A stretch of DNA of 64,000 bases from Laetmonice hystrix (lineage: Eukaryota): NCBI GenBank assembly GCA_965235115.1, contig OZ249436.1, positions 34,038,001 through 34,102,000 on the forward strand, read 5' to 3'. The translations under genes and the position numbers were made by a program. This document shows positions 52,981-64,000 of the stretch, in pieces (the stretch's first letter is position 1; each line of letters begins with the position of its first letter). The notes below the pieces were generated by a model, which was not told where the DNA came from, searched no databases, and saw only the letters and a program-made list of their open reading frames with translations.

Positions 52981-54314
52981 GACGTCTGTGGCCAACTGCA
53001 TTAAACTGTAGCTCATGTTTTCACAATGTTAGCACAAAGCTGACCAGGACCAGCTGGCCTTGATGGCGCAGCACTGCGGGGGTTGGCGACCAGTGGTATT
53101 GGCCAAACACCGAGTACAATCAGGACCGTTTCCAGATTAGCAACACGAGCCGATAGCTTCAGTGGAAACACTTACCTTTTCTTATTGTTCACAAAGACGA
53201 TCGTTTTCGAAGGACTGTGGAGAGATGAATTGTACAGAAATCAACTGTCGCTAAGGTTACTGATTAAGGAAACTTTGCAACTCAATACGAGATGGAAAGA
53301 TACCATAACAATGATTTCTCAGTCCATTTTACTGCATTCAAACGTGTCCTTTGAATGTTGCAGCATTATGCTGATGCAGAGGTCATTATCTGGGCCTTTA
53401 TCACTGCACGTTTCATTTCTCAGAAATAGCAAGAATGGTGGAGCGCACTCCAGCATTCTTGGAAATAGTTCTCGCTGAAACCATGGCTCTAATAAGGCTT
53501 CAGCGAGAAGTCTAACGAGTTAATCCGGTAACCCAGGCAGAAAGTTAGTGTTGCAAATGAAAACCCAGCGAATTTCTAAGTTCATTCCCGGGTCTTCTCA
53601 TCGGAGTGGCCACTGATTCCATGAAGCCAGTATTGGTACGTTATGAGGACCTTAAAGTAAGACCCGCGCAGTAGTCCAGTTTCTGTCCCATGGTGGGTCA
53701 AATGGAACATTTCTATATCCCAGAGGATGGTGTCTATCGGGAGTGTCATCGGTGCACAGGGAGCATAGGGAGGGCTGTGGTTGTGGTCAGTGTGTCTGGC
53801 CGGGTGGCCGGCCGAGGTCGTCCCTGTATAATGAACGGGTGACGGAGGGCATGGCCCGGCCTGATACCTCGGCCCCTGGGTCCCGGGCCGGGCCACCGTA
53901 TGCGGTACGGGATCGGAGGCCCGTCACCTGTCACCGGGCAGCACTGTACGTGAATATGTAACAATTCCCACAGGGATCCCTACTCAACTCACTGCTAATA
54001 CAGCACAAGGGTGACTAGAGCAAAGTATAATACATATGTTGATTGAACCTTGAATTAAAGATGTGGAGAGTACCATTCCTATTGTGGTCTGAATTTGAGT
54101 ATATTCAGTTTGGGGTTTTATGTTGATTGCTGATTACATGGTTCAAAGAAGATTGAGATTGCACTTGTAATAGCAATGGACGTTAGATTGGCCTTTCTAC
54201 TGCCAACCCGTGGTTAAGGTGACATTATGTGTTAAATGTTGTATGCCTTAATTGTTGATGACTGGATAACTGTAGAAATATTGAGCACTCCTATAATGTT
54301 GTTTTTTGTTACAG

Positions 54315-54424
54315 ATGCAGCCCCACCTCTTGAAGACATGAAATTACCGCCCTGTCACTGAGGTGGCCTGTTGGGAGACGCACACACTTCTTTTGTTCCA
54401 GGACGGAGTCTTGGCAGCAATGGG
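54315..54424 (+). pseudogene. 110-nt RCC1-repeat exon with one in-frame TGA
   Basis: Acceptor gttgttttttgttacAG|, donor GG|GTAGGT. Reads MQPHLLKT*NYRPVTEVACWETHTLLLFQDGVLAAMG, matching P..L..L....V..VACG..HTL.L..DG....G except TGA at 54339-54341 and G>W (TGG). Confidence 0.7.
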
Positions 54425-57400
54425 GTAGGTTGACAAATCAAATGTAACGTCTTAGATTGTCTACAATTCTCCACACCCCGAAGTGAAGTCTGACAACCCT
54501 TATTTCCGGTGTTTTAAGTCGCTGGTTTGGATCCGTTGTGCTATATATAGGTTAATCTAGCTGATCAATAAAAGAGTTTCTCAGATCTATACACAACATT
54601 ATCCCATTACTAGTGCCGTACTCGGCATGCCTTTTGTTCTGAAAGGTCAGTTGAAAGGTCAGATATGGGAACTTAGATGTCTTTGACTAGAGACTGTGTA
54701 TGGAATCCATGAACGACATAGACGTCAGAACCTCAACAGTCAGGTTTCTTTAAGTTGGGTGGGGTGACGGGAGCTACTGATCCTTTCTCTCTCTAAAATT
54801 ATCCATCTCCCACCGGAAGGTTGCTTCTAATCTATTGTTGAAAGGAACGTTTCTTATATGATCACAGCAGACCTCTGAACTTCCCAGGGCATATTGTTAT
54901 GATCCTATGTGTTCACCCGGGAAGGCTGACTGTGTATGTGCCCATCGTGGCTGTGTGATGTGCACCCTTACTGAAGCAATTTGCGTCATTTTGACTCCAA
55001 AGTGCCATCTCATATTCATGTAGAGCAGGCCTATTTGGTATTAAGTTGACACAGCACGTCGCTCTTCAGTGCCATCGCTCAGGTGTACTGAGCCCAGTGA
55101 GAAAGGCCCCTGAGCCAGGTAATCTTGGCACACACCTGCTTTTGATGTACAACATGGCATGTCAGCCGTTAAGGCCCGGAAGCTGCTAACCTCTCATCTG
55201 TTAAAGCTCAGCGATGACTGTATAAGATCTAGTCGCGGTGCCACTGTCATCCAGTGATGCTCCCACACCTAACATCCCATCGACCCGACCCCCGTCCCTC
55301 CCTCCGCCAGTTTTGACATCCCCCCTTGACTGACTCCCCCCCCTCCCCTCCCTCCTCCTCCAACCCCACCGCAGTTTCCCGTCCATTCCAATCCCGGGCC
55401 CCAAGGGCGGTGTAATCCTGACACGGGCGGGTTGTTAGGGAACAAGCCAGGTACTGATAGACGATCATCCAGGTGTCCATTGACAGGTGAGGGTTGTCAT
55501 CCCACCTCATCCCCAAGTTGACCGTACGAATGGTGATGAGCGGCACGCTACCGCCGGCGGCCTGTTTGGTATGCCGGCCGGCGGGGGGTAGGAGGCCGAC
55601 ATGATCGCTGCCTGATCATGGGGATCGGGAGACTGACAGGTGGGGACGACCGACACTGGGGCCAGCAGTCGTCCCGGTTAAACCCTCCCTGTCACAACAC
55701 CGGCCATACATCATACAGCCGTGTCACATATCAGCAGCACGCCCACCGCATCATCAGCATCAGTCGGGATCTCAAAAACCATGGTTTGAAAGTTCAAATT
55801 AAGCACACAAAACATTGCTATTCTGGAATTATTGAAGAGTAATGCATAGAATATGTGCCTGAATATCGTAGCAGAACAGAGTGTCCCTTTATGAATCAGG
55901 GACCACACTGAACAGGTCCACCGTGGAATAAATCGAGTGTAATACAAAGGTACAAGTGCAGATCGAGAGTTTGACTTATCAAGTGGTGTGTGATTCATTT
56001 CATGGTCGTAGTGTCGCGTGTCGCGGCCATTGTGTGGCAAGGAGACTCAGGAATAAATCGTAAAAAGGAGATGATACAGCAGTCATACATGCAGCCGATG
56101 GTTTGGTATTGTTCTGATGATGTGATGACCTGACGATGTGACTTTTTGTGAGGTCGTGTAACTTCACACCATAACGTGACCATCAGAATCGTCTTTCCTT
56201 CTGTTTATCGTCATCGCAGCATCCGTCTTAGGTAACCGACGCACCAACGCTGCCTTTGCACTTTGTGAAATTTTATAAAATTCCAGAATAAAGCAGGGAC
56301 ACGTTATCCGCAGTGAGCTGAAGAAGTGCGAGAAACAGTAGTAAATTGATCCACCTTGTGTGATGTGCACCTTTTCCTATGAACATGACAATGGTATGTA
56401 TATATGATGACATATAATGAGTTGGGAGACAAAGGCGTTATGTGATTCCTGAAGACCGAGATTGAGTTTCTTTGACGGCATAATGTGTTCTACCAAAGTT
56501 TCAAAGTTTCGCTGAGAAAAAACGGACGTTACAGAGAAAATAGAACCCAGAAAAGCACCTTCGCCGCCAGGTGTAGTATCGTCGTTTTAGTCTGCCTGAT
56601 AAACTGTCTATATCCGCAGTGTCGGTGGGGATAAGGGATTCTAAGAATAATGTCGCAAAATGTACATTACTAGCATATGTGTAGTATCTGTAGTACGGTG
56701 GCCCAAAAGTACAAAACCATCACGTTGACTCAAAAACACCTCGACACAGCGACCTGAAACACTTGTGTGTGAATCTAGTTTGTCGGGGTGTTTATTCATG
56801 TGTGATCTATAATCATTTGCTTTCAAGTGTTTGCTTCAACTGGCAGCCCAGCAGGTAATGATAGCGTGTTTTTGGATTCTTATAGGCTTCAGTGTGTCAA
56901 AGATAGTTTTCACTTTTCAAAAAGATAGCGATTACCCGTAAATGTTTCATTTTGACGTTTGAAAATGTTCATTCATATTCTTTTCTTGTGTTGCATGTTA
57001 GACGCGAAAGGGGTAATGTAGCTGCCGTTAAATAAGGGTTGCATTTGAGAAAATATACAACTAATGATACATAATAAAAGAGCGAAACACGCAGAATTAC
57101 AAACCGGAACCATCAGTAATTCTTTTTAGGATGACTGAGCATTTCATGAAAGGAAGTAGCGTATTAAATAGCATTCAGGATGCCAAAGGTCAACCAAGCC
57201 CAAAATAATCTACAGTGTATCTATATTGTAAGCTGGTTTTAAAGTAGGTTGAAGGGGTTTTACGTTCAGCAGAGTGAAATGTTTGTGAGTAAGAGTCCTA
57301 AGTTCTCAGTCGCGGTAGAAAAAAATCCAAGGTGAATAAATTATAGTATGGCCAGCCTCGCCTTGTGGAATCACACTTCATGAGTCGAAAAGATCAAGTC

Positions 57401-57739
57401 CGCTGTCGGACAAAACATACGCGTCTGAGGTATTGCCCAAGGTATGCAACAGATGGAGGGATAGAACGTGTAATTGCTAACACTGTCAACTGACTGGCTA
57501 TAACTAATAATTGTTAGAAATACGGGGTAAGAAAGTGATAGAAACCAGCGTAGTGTGGAGAGATTACATGGGTGCGTGAAGGTGAGGTTCAGTGCAGTGC
57601 GGTTCAGTCAATGTTGGACGTACATATTATATTATATACCGACACTTCAGGGCTTTCGTATGCCTCAGCTGCACCTGAAGGTCATAACTACTATAGTCGG
57701 ATAGCAATTGCATGTTTTATGGTTATTTATTTTTTTTAG

Positions 57740-57850
57740 GCTTACTCGTCCAAACAAAGTTCATGGCTATGATTTACAGCCATTTGTCCAATTATCATAT
57801 TCAAACATATGGTGCTGTGGACTGGGAGTCGGAGTTGGTCACACTGATCC
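57740..57850 (+). pseudogene. 111-nt RCC1-like candidate exon (open frame, weak donor)
   Basis: Acceptor atttattttttttAG|. Reads LTRPNKVHGYDLQPFVQLSYSNIWCCGLGVGVGHTD, cf. P.KV.GL....VVQIS...VW..G.G..G.LGHGD. Donor |GTGAAA is weak. Confidence 0.4.
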
Positions 57851-59090
57851 GTGAAACTAATCGCGTTTAAATATCACTTCAGGTTGTCACATTTTACTTG
57901 AAAAACACCAGTTAGGTCAGAACCAAAAATGAGGCGAATAAAAAGCATTGCAGTTGATCCATCCAGTGATTGTTCCCGTTGTATGCCACCTGTTTGTGTA
58001 ATTGAGAACCGCACTTACACTTACTGTCAGGGGAGGAACATTTTTCATTTGGCTGAAGGTGTTCCATTGTTGATAATGTCGAAACTGCAATTGCTTTCCA
58101 GTCTTTTCTCAGTGTGTAACCCGTGCAGGGAATGTCAGTTCAAGTCGTGCTCTGATTTGTTGTTTAGAATGGCGGTGCCTCATACCGGCACATAATTTTT
58201 TTTACGATCAGAAGGGTATGTCGGAACTTCATGGAATTAAAAAGGTGAAGTTGGTTCGAAGTTGGCGTGTCGGAGGAACAGGCCAGAGCAGATGGTAGCG
58301 GGGTTGGCGGACGGGTGGGCGGCTGGTCAGGCGGCTGGTCACGTACCCCCGGCCCCGCTGGGCTGTGACGCAGCTTATACCCCGGCCACTCAGCATGGGC
58401 GGAAAGAGTCAAATGTAAATAGATGCGCCGCCTCCCCAGTCGTTCCCACCATTCTCTATTGTTCTCGTCTAATTATACGGGGGTATTTGGGGAGTAATGG
58501 GGCGGGTAATGACAGACCTAGGTACCCGTCCGCAGGCTATCTAAGCCGCACCCTTAACACCTTCTGACCACTTCAATTGTTTGTCAAATGAAAGGGATGG
58601 ACGGAACAGGCATCGGAAACAACTTGTTGATACCTCAACCTCAAATTAAGAAAGGAAACAAATCAATTGGCGCTTACCTTGAAGGGGAAGTGTCATTATT
58701 CTCTCAGCTTGAGTTTCTTCAGGTGTTGCTGAAGTTGAAGATAATGGATTACAGTTTATATGGGCAATATGCTTACAAGGTGTATGAATAGATGGTTGTT
58801 TTACTTGATTAAGCACTTGACAAGCACAAAGACATTAGGTGCCCCTTTTTTGTACCTTTTCTTCATGTCGAAAATTCTTAAGTTCTGGAAAAGAAGACTG
58901 AAGTTGGTGTGAGTCAGGAAATATACGCTTTTTCTGGAAGATGGTTAGCAGAAACGAAAAGACTGAAAGTGAAAAAAAACCGGAAAAACGGAAAAGAAAA
59001 AGTGCACACAAATAAAAACTTCCACAAGAATAAGTTAGATTTGGTAGATTTAATGTTTTCCCGGCCTTGTTCTATTTGTTGGATTTTCAG

Positions 59091-59264
59091 GTAATTCAAA
59101 AATTATTCGGAGGAGATAATTTTCTGAAACTCATGAAGTCGCAAGCTTACCATAGTATAATGATATCTATTCACACAACACCTTTTGTCATTCGACTGCA
59201 TCGCACTGAATGTCCTGAAATAAAAATACGTTACCTGCCACAAGCAGCCATTAATGCTACCCAG
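59091..59264 (+). CDS. Candidate 174-nt open exon, weak RCC1 likeness
   Basis: Acceptor ggattttcAG|, donor CAG|GTAACC. Open frame VIQKLFGGDNFLKLMKSQAYHSIMIS..., cf. V.QI..GGD.F..L and G.YHS. Confidence 0.3.
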
Positions 59265-61319
59265 GTAACCTTTACTGCTACGGTAACAATGGCAGACTTT
59301 GTATATGCATACATGTACATTCTATACTGAAGCACTCCAGTCGCCTAATATACATGCACATGCTAACCTAAAGAGCTGATAGAACATGCACATCAGTGGC
59401 TATGGCTTGCTCAGACAACGCCAATAATCTAGTGTAAAATGTACTCTTAAATCTGACTCGTATATCTTTAAAGAACATTAACTTTATTCCATGTTGGTGA
59501 CTGACGGTTAAATGCAAGTACATTTTGTTGCACAATGTAGTTTTAAAAGATGTCGAAGTGCCTTTGGCTATGATACCGGATCTCTGGAGTGTCAGCTGAA
59601 GGCTTTCTTTATTTCTATTTCATAGCTACACTATTTCATAGCTACACAATGTGGATCAAAAGGTGGAAAGTATAATTTGGTGTCAGGTAATTTCTGCTTG
59701 GAGAGGTTTCCGATATGTTATCTAATAAACCTGTGTCATATATTAAATGTCAGATTTAACACAGCAGGAGTTATAAAACAGAATGGATACAATTATTATT
59801 AAGTGTTAGTATCCGCGTTTGCCAGTAAACTTTTATAGTAGGAAGTCTATAGTGTATTAGCACTGTGTTTACTCTATGATATGGCATCCACTTATCTGCT
59901 GATGTCCAATCTTCTGTAAACATCATGTCATAGAGAACTTACTCTATGAAATCTTCTACGTTGGACACGTATTTTTTATATATATAAATTGCCAGTACAT
60001 TAATTTATTTTAATTACCGGTAAGCAGAATGGTAAGCGTAATGAAATACAATTGGGAGCGGTCTGTCGTGACTGAGCTGCTACTACACGGTACTACAGCG
60101 CTGAGTGGATAGCCTGCGTGCGGTTAGTGCTTTGTCCGTTGTGAAAAAGTTGAAGGGGGCACTATGATTCCGAACCGAGACACGTACGTACGGCTGAGGG
60201 AAGCTGTGCATGGTGTGCGGTGGTCTGCGCCAGATGGGAGTTCTTTATGAAAGGCCCCTTCACAGACAGAGACATCATTACCGATATGACCCTGGCGAAG
60301 CTTTTCCTCAAGGCTTGACTGGTGCTTGATCTTCTGCTAACTGCTGCCAGTTAGGAAGGTCAGCACAGGATTGCCGCCACATAGCAGCGGGGCTTCACTG
60401 GGACCACCTCTGACCCCCGTGACATAAACTGGGCAGGCCATCATGGCTTCAAGGGCACCACAATCAAGCACCAATTCCATGCTTAGACCCCATATTGGGA
60501 AGCAAATTGCTGCAGTGGCCTTGCTGTTTGAAGACCTCTGCTCAAGGCTGCTGAGAACAAGATCAAGTGAAAGTGCAAGAGGTGGATGCAGGCAAAGGCT
60601 GATGCAATTGTTGGTTGACCTTGATGGTTTGCTAATATTAGGGGCTGGTAACCTCCCCCTCCCATCTTCACTCTCACCCCGTATCCTACCCCGAGGGGCT
60701 CTGCTATTCCCACGGCTACACTTACAAGGAGTATGATGTTAGTTCGTTTTAGATCTGTCAGGAGGTCATCAGAGTATCAGAGTAGTTGGGTGGTGAATGT
60801 GGCTCCGTTCTTGGTTCAACCCTTTCTCTTGACACAACATACATCATCTCGTCCTTCAGACACCATTGATATTGTGGCAAGCATAAAGTCTCGCACAGTT
60901 CGTCTACTCTTATCCTGTATGTATAATTGCAGTAGTGTTCGCAAATGGCGACGTACCAGTATTGAATATCACAGCCAATACTCAACCTGAAGGTCAACAT
61001 AGGGCAGATGGTCCACAATATAGATGTTTTTTCTAGCGCTTAATGCGTATCATATATCATATCGATGTCATTATCACGGGTAGCTAAAGTTTAGGTGTCT
61101 GGAATTGAACATCAGTATTTTAGTCCCCTTTGTAATACGAAAATATATAAATTTATAGTCATTTTTCAAAGGAATTGAAGATTCTGTCAAAACAACATTG
61201 GGAAACTTGGGTCTTGTAATTATTGATATACCAACGCCAATGTACACACTATGGAAGAAAGAAGGAAACAACGTACATGTAAGTGTCAGTTCGGTTCGAA
61301 TAACGCCTATCAGTATCGC

Positions 61320-61519
61320 TGTTACGCGCCATCGGTCGATCTGACCCATCGGCCGATGGGTCAGACCCATCGGTGGATCGGCCAACGGGTCGCCCATCGA
61401 CCGATGGGCGACCCATCGGTGGATGCGCAGCGCGCGCTAGGGTCGCGGCCCATCGGCCGATGGGTCGCGGCCCATCGGCCGATGGGCCTGACCCATCGGT
61501 GGATGGGTGGTTGGTAAAC
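61320..61519 (+). repeat. Left arm built from CCATCGGCCGATGG palindromic subrepeats
   Basis: Contains the 26-bp perfect palindrome TCTGACCCATCGGCCGATGGGTCAGA and multiple variants. Confidence 0.95.
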
Positions 61520-61610
61520 CAGGAGACATGAAATGACATGAAAACCTAGAGGAGACAACCTCTCAACCCGAGCCGCAGGCTTCCTTCAGTCAAGAACTCA
61601 GATCCCCCAG

Positions 61611-62435
61611 CCACCTCCGCCCCAGACCACCAAGCCACCTCTTGCCCAGACACGACACCCACCTCCTGTCCAGACCCCACACCCACCTCCTGTCCAGACC
61701 CCACACCCACCTCCTTGGCAGACCCCACACCCACCTCCTATCCAGACACGACACCCACCTCCTGCCCAGACCCCACACCCACCTCCTGCCAGACCCCACA
61801 CCCACCTCCTGTCCAAACCCCACACCCACCTCCTATCCAGACCCCACACCCACCTCCTGTCCAGACCCCACACCCACCTCCTGTCCAGACCTCACACCCA
61901 CCTCCTGTCCAGACCCCACACCCACCTCCTATCCAGACCCCACACCCACCTCCTGTCAAGCCTCACACCCACCTCCTGTCCAGACCCCACACCCACCTCC
62001 TGTCCAGACCCCACACCTACCTCCTGTCCAGGCTCCACACCCACCTCCTGTCCAGGCTCCACACCCACCTCCTGTCCAGACCTCACACCCACCTCCTGTC
62101 CAGACCTCACACCCACCTCCTGTCCAGACCCCACACCCACCTCCTATCCAGACCCCACACCCACTTCCTGTCCAGCCTCACACCCACCTCCTGTCCAGAC
62201 CCCACACCCACCTCCTGTCCAGACCCCACACCCACCTCCTGTCCAGGCTCCACACCCACCTCCTGTCCAGACCTCACACCCACCTCCTGTCCAGACCCCA
62301 CACCCACCTCCTGTCCAGGCTCCACACCCACCTCCTGTCCAGACCTCACACCCACCTCCTGTCCAGACCCCACACCCACCTCCTGTCCAGGCTCCACACC
62401 CACCTCCTGTCCAGACCTCACACCCACCTCCTGTC
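61611..62435. repeat. 24-bp minisatellite, about 34 copies, unit CCAGACCCCACACCCACCTCCTGT
   Basis: Read directly. Variants CCTC/GCTC and two 23-bp units. Stop-free, hence the 283-aa and 241-aa repetitive ORFs. Confidence 0.97.
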
Positions 62436-62625
62436 ATTAAATCGGTCACCATTGTTGCCATGTTTGATTACCCCCGGATTTACCCGCTGTTAACACTACT
62501 TAACATTTTCACACACATTTCAAGTTCTGTTAAAGTTTTTAAAGTTAGGGTGCCTACGTCTAAACGTTTTTTTCTTCATGATAACTACAGTATAGTCCGT
62601 TTTATGTATTGCATCCATGTGTTCT

Positions 62626-62801
62626 GTTTACCAACCACCCATCCACCGATGGGTCAGACCCATCGGCCGATGGGCCGCGACCCTGGCGCGCCGCGCATCC
62701 ACCGATGGGTCGCCCATCGGTCGATGGGCGACCCGTTGGCCGATCCACTGATGGGTCTGACCCATCGGCCGATGGGTCAGATCGACCGATGGCGCGTAAC
62801 A
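62626..62801 (-). repeat. Right arm (inverted copy of 61320-61519)
   Basis: Reverse complement aligns to the left arm by eye along its full length. Confidence 0.95.
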
Positions 62802-62991
62802 TCATCATTACTGATACAGATGTATTAAGTAAGACAGTATCTGATGCTGCTCCTGTTCCGAAGTAATGAAGCTATATATCTTAAGTTGGAAGCTGAAATT
62901 ACAGCTTAAACCTACAATCTATAATGGTGTATCTAAACCGATTCTCAGTACTGCCCTCGCGGTTCTATCTTAGTATTTCATTCACATTTAG

Positions 62992-63095
62992 GGCATATTA
63001 TATGCATACTGATTTGGCTTTTTGGCCTTCTGGCAACTGAAGAGGAGTCTGCAGAGAAAGAATCTTGATGACAAGCTATGCATCAAAACTTTCAA
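62992..63095 (+). pseudogene. 104-nt RCC1-like exon with one in-frame TGA
   Basis: Acceptor atttcattcacatttAG|, donor |GTAAGT. Reads GILYAY*FGFLAFWQLKRSLQRKNLDDKLCIKTF, cf. G.LYAWG.N..GQLGR. TGA at 63010-63012. Confidence 0.5.
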
Positions 63096-64000
63096 GTAAG
63101 TGCTAGATAGGCGAGAAGCCAATCTTGGCTGACCCGGCCGACCTTGGGAGTCTGCCTTGGTCAGGGAGGCCGCGCCACTGATGACCTTCTTACTTGGCGG
63201 GTAATTGACGCCGTTTGCCAATAGATACCTGCCCCTGATGTCCTGGCTTAGTTGAAATTGGTGCCGTGACACTCGCCCCGGCACCAGTTGAGAAAACTGG
63301 CCATTTAGCCTGACACGGCAATGATACTGGTCAAATTTGGCCGGGGCAGTGGTCATTTTATATGACCGCAGGAGCTGGAGGTGGTAAGACGGTCATACCT
63401 TGGAGGTGTAAGGGCATGGCGGGGAGGATGAGGCACCATTAACCCGCCATCAAGGCCCACCGCCGATCAGCCTCCGACTCGCAGACCGAGGGTAATCAGT
63501 CAGCACCAGTAGAGATCCTGGCTGGATCAGGGATTGGGCAGAGGGAGGGGGGATGTGCAGAGTGCGCACGGCCGGTGCTGTATTTTGGAGGTTCCAACAT
63601 TATAAAAAAGGCCCCCATACTGAAGCCGATGGCGGCACCGATCTTGAGGCGGAAGCTGCTCCGAGGGACATGTAATAAGGATAATAGCTTTTCAGTAAAT
63701 GTTGAAGAAGAAACGATAGCACATTATTCCATCAATGGATCGTGGCTATGGAGTGCAAAACTCCCGGATACCATGGACGTCCTACCGCGAGCGCATGCAC
63801 CATCAACCCCCCGGAACTTATAAAACGGCGGAACGTTTAGAACGTGACACCGGCCGTGATGACGCTGATGATCACAGCGCTGGAGTTGGTGTCCCGGGCT
63901 CGTTTGGGTCGGACTTAACCAGGTGTCTGTGGCAATGACCGGCGGTGTTTTCCCACCACTGGGACTTGCACCTCCCACAACTGGCACTGATGGCACCAGA

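Larger units (their letters stand above)
61320..62801. mobile_element. Foldback or long-TIR non-autonomous element (1.48 kb), TGTTAC...GTAACA termini
   Basis: Left arm 61320-61519 and right arm 62626-62801 are near-identical reverse complements (a few substitutions, one about 22-bp extra subunit on the left). No transposase and no clear TSD. Confidence 0.8.

Noticed and set aside
53070-53340. Penelope GIY-YIG-like relic (CGGW...IGQT...LLIKETL)
   Set aside because: Needs a frameshift, has no GIY segment or RT nearby, and other frames fit RCC1-like motifs equally loosely. Unresolved.
61590-62493. 283-aa and 241-aa His/Pro-rich ORFs and antisense Gly/Val-rich ORFs
   Set aside because: Produced by the stop-free 24-bp array. 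The frame switches at 23-bp units and there is no evidence of a gene.
61074-62866. Paired similar ORFs (PMGQTHRPMG.../GRSTDGSDPSADG...)
   Set aside because: Translations of the palindromic inverted arms.
1-64000. Alternative genetic code hiding long genes
   Set aside because: Protein-like frames are interrupted by TGA, TAG and TAA alike and by frameshifts, so reassigning a single stop does not restore long ORFs in the segments translated by hand.

Overview
This looks like eukaryotic, probably invertebrate-animal, DNA, judged from GT-AG splice signals, CAG...CTG MITEs, homopolymer G/C runs and minisatellites. It has no intact long ORF, rRNA, canonical tRNA, CRISPR array or operon structure. 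The longest ORFs in the track are artefacts of stop-free tandem repeats. The main signal is a scatter of degenerate RCC1-repeat (7-bladed beta-propeller, HERC/RCC1-type) fragments along the whole window. Most are on the + strand and some on the - strand. Several sit between good splice sites but carry stops, frameshifts or substitutions at invariant Gly/Trp residues. The clearest are 42465-42683 (+), 54315-54424 (+), 50293-50712 (-), 32442-33167 (+), 39081-39395 (+) and 62992-63095 (+). These calls are by-eye matches to the RCC1 consensus (P..V..L....V..VACG..HT.AL..DG.VY.WG.N..GQLG.G); no HMM was run. Firmly supported elements are two abutting MITEs with 5-bp TSDs (46315-46663), a 1.5-kb foldback element with palindrome-built arms around a 24-bp minisatellite (61320-62801), 17-bp and 37-bp minisatellites, and a perfect 43-bp duplication. 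Clean splice sites and clean repeats alongside 'blurred' coding fragments fit three readings: a decayed RCC1 gene or exon array, an unusual cassette-exon system, or a non-natural (model-generated) sequence. I cannot separate these without a database search.
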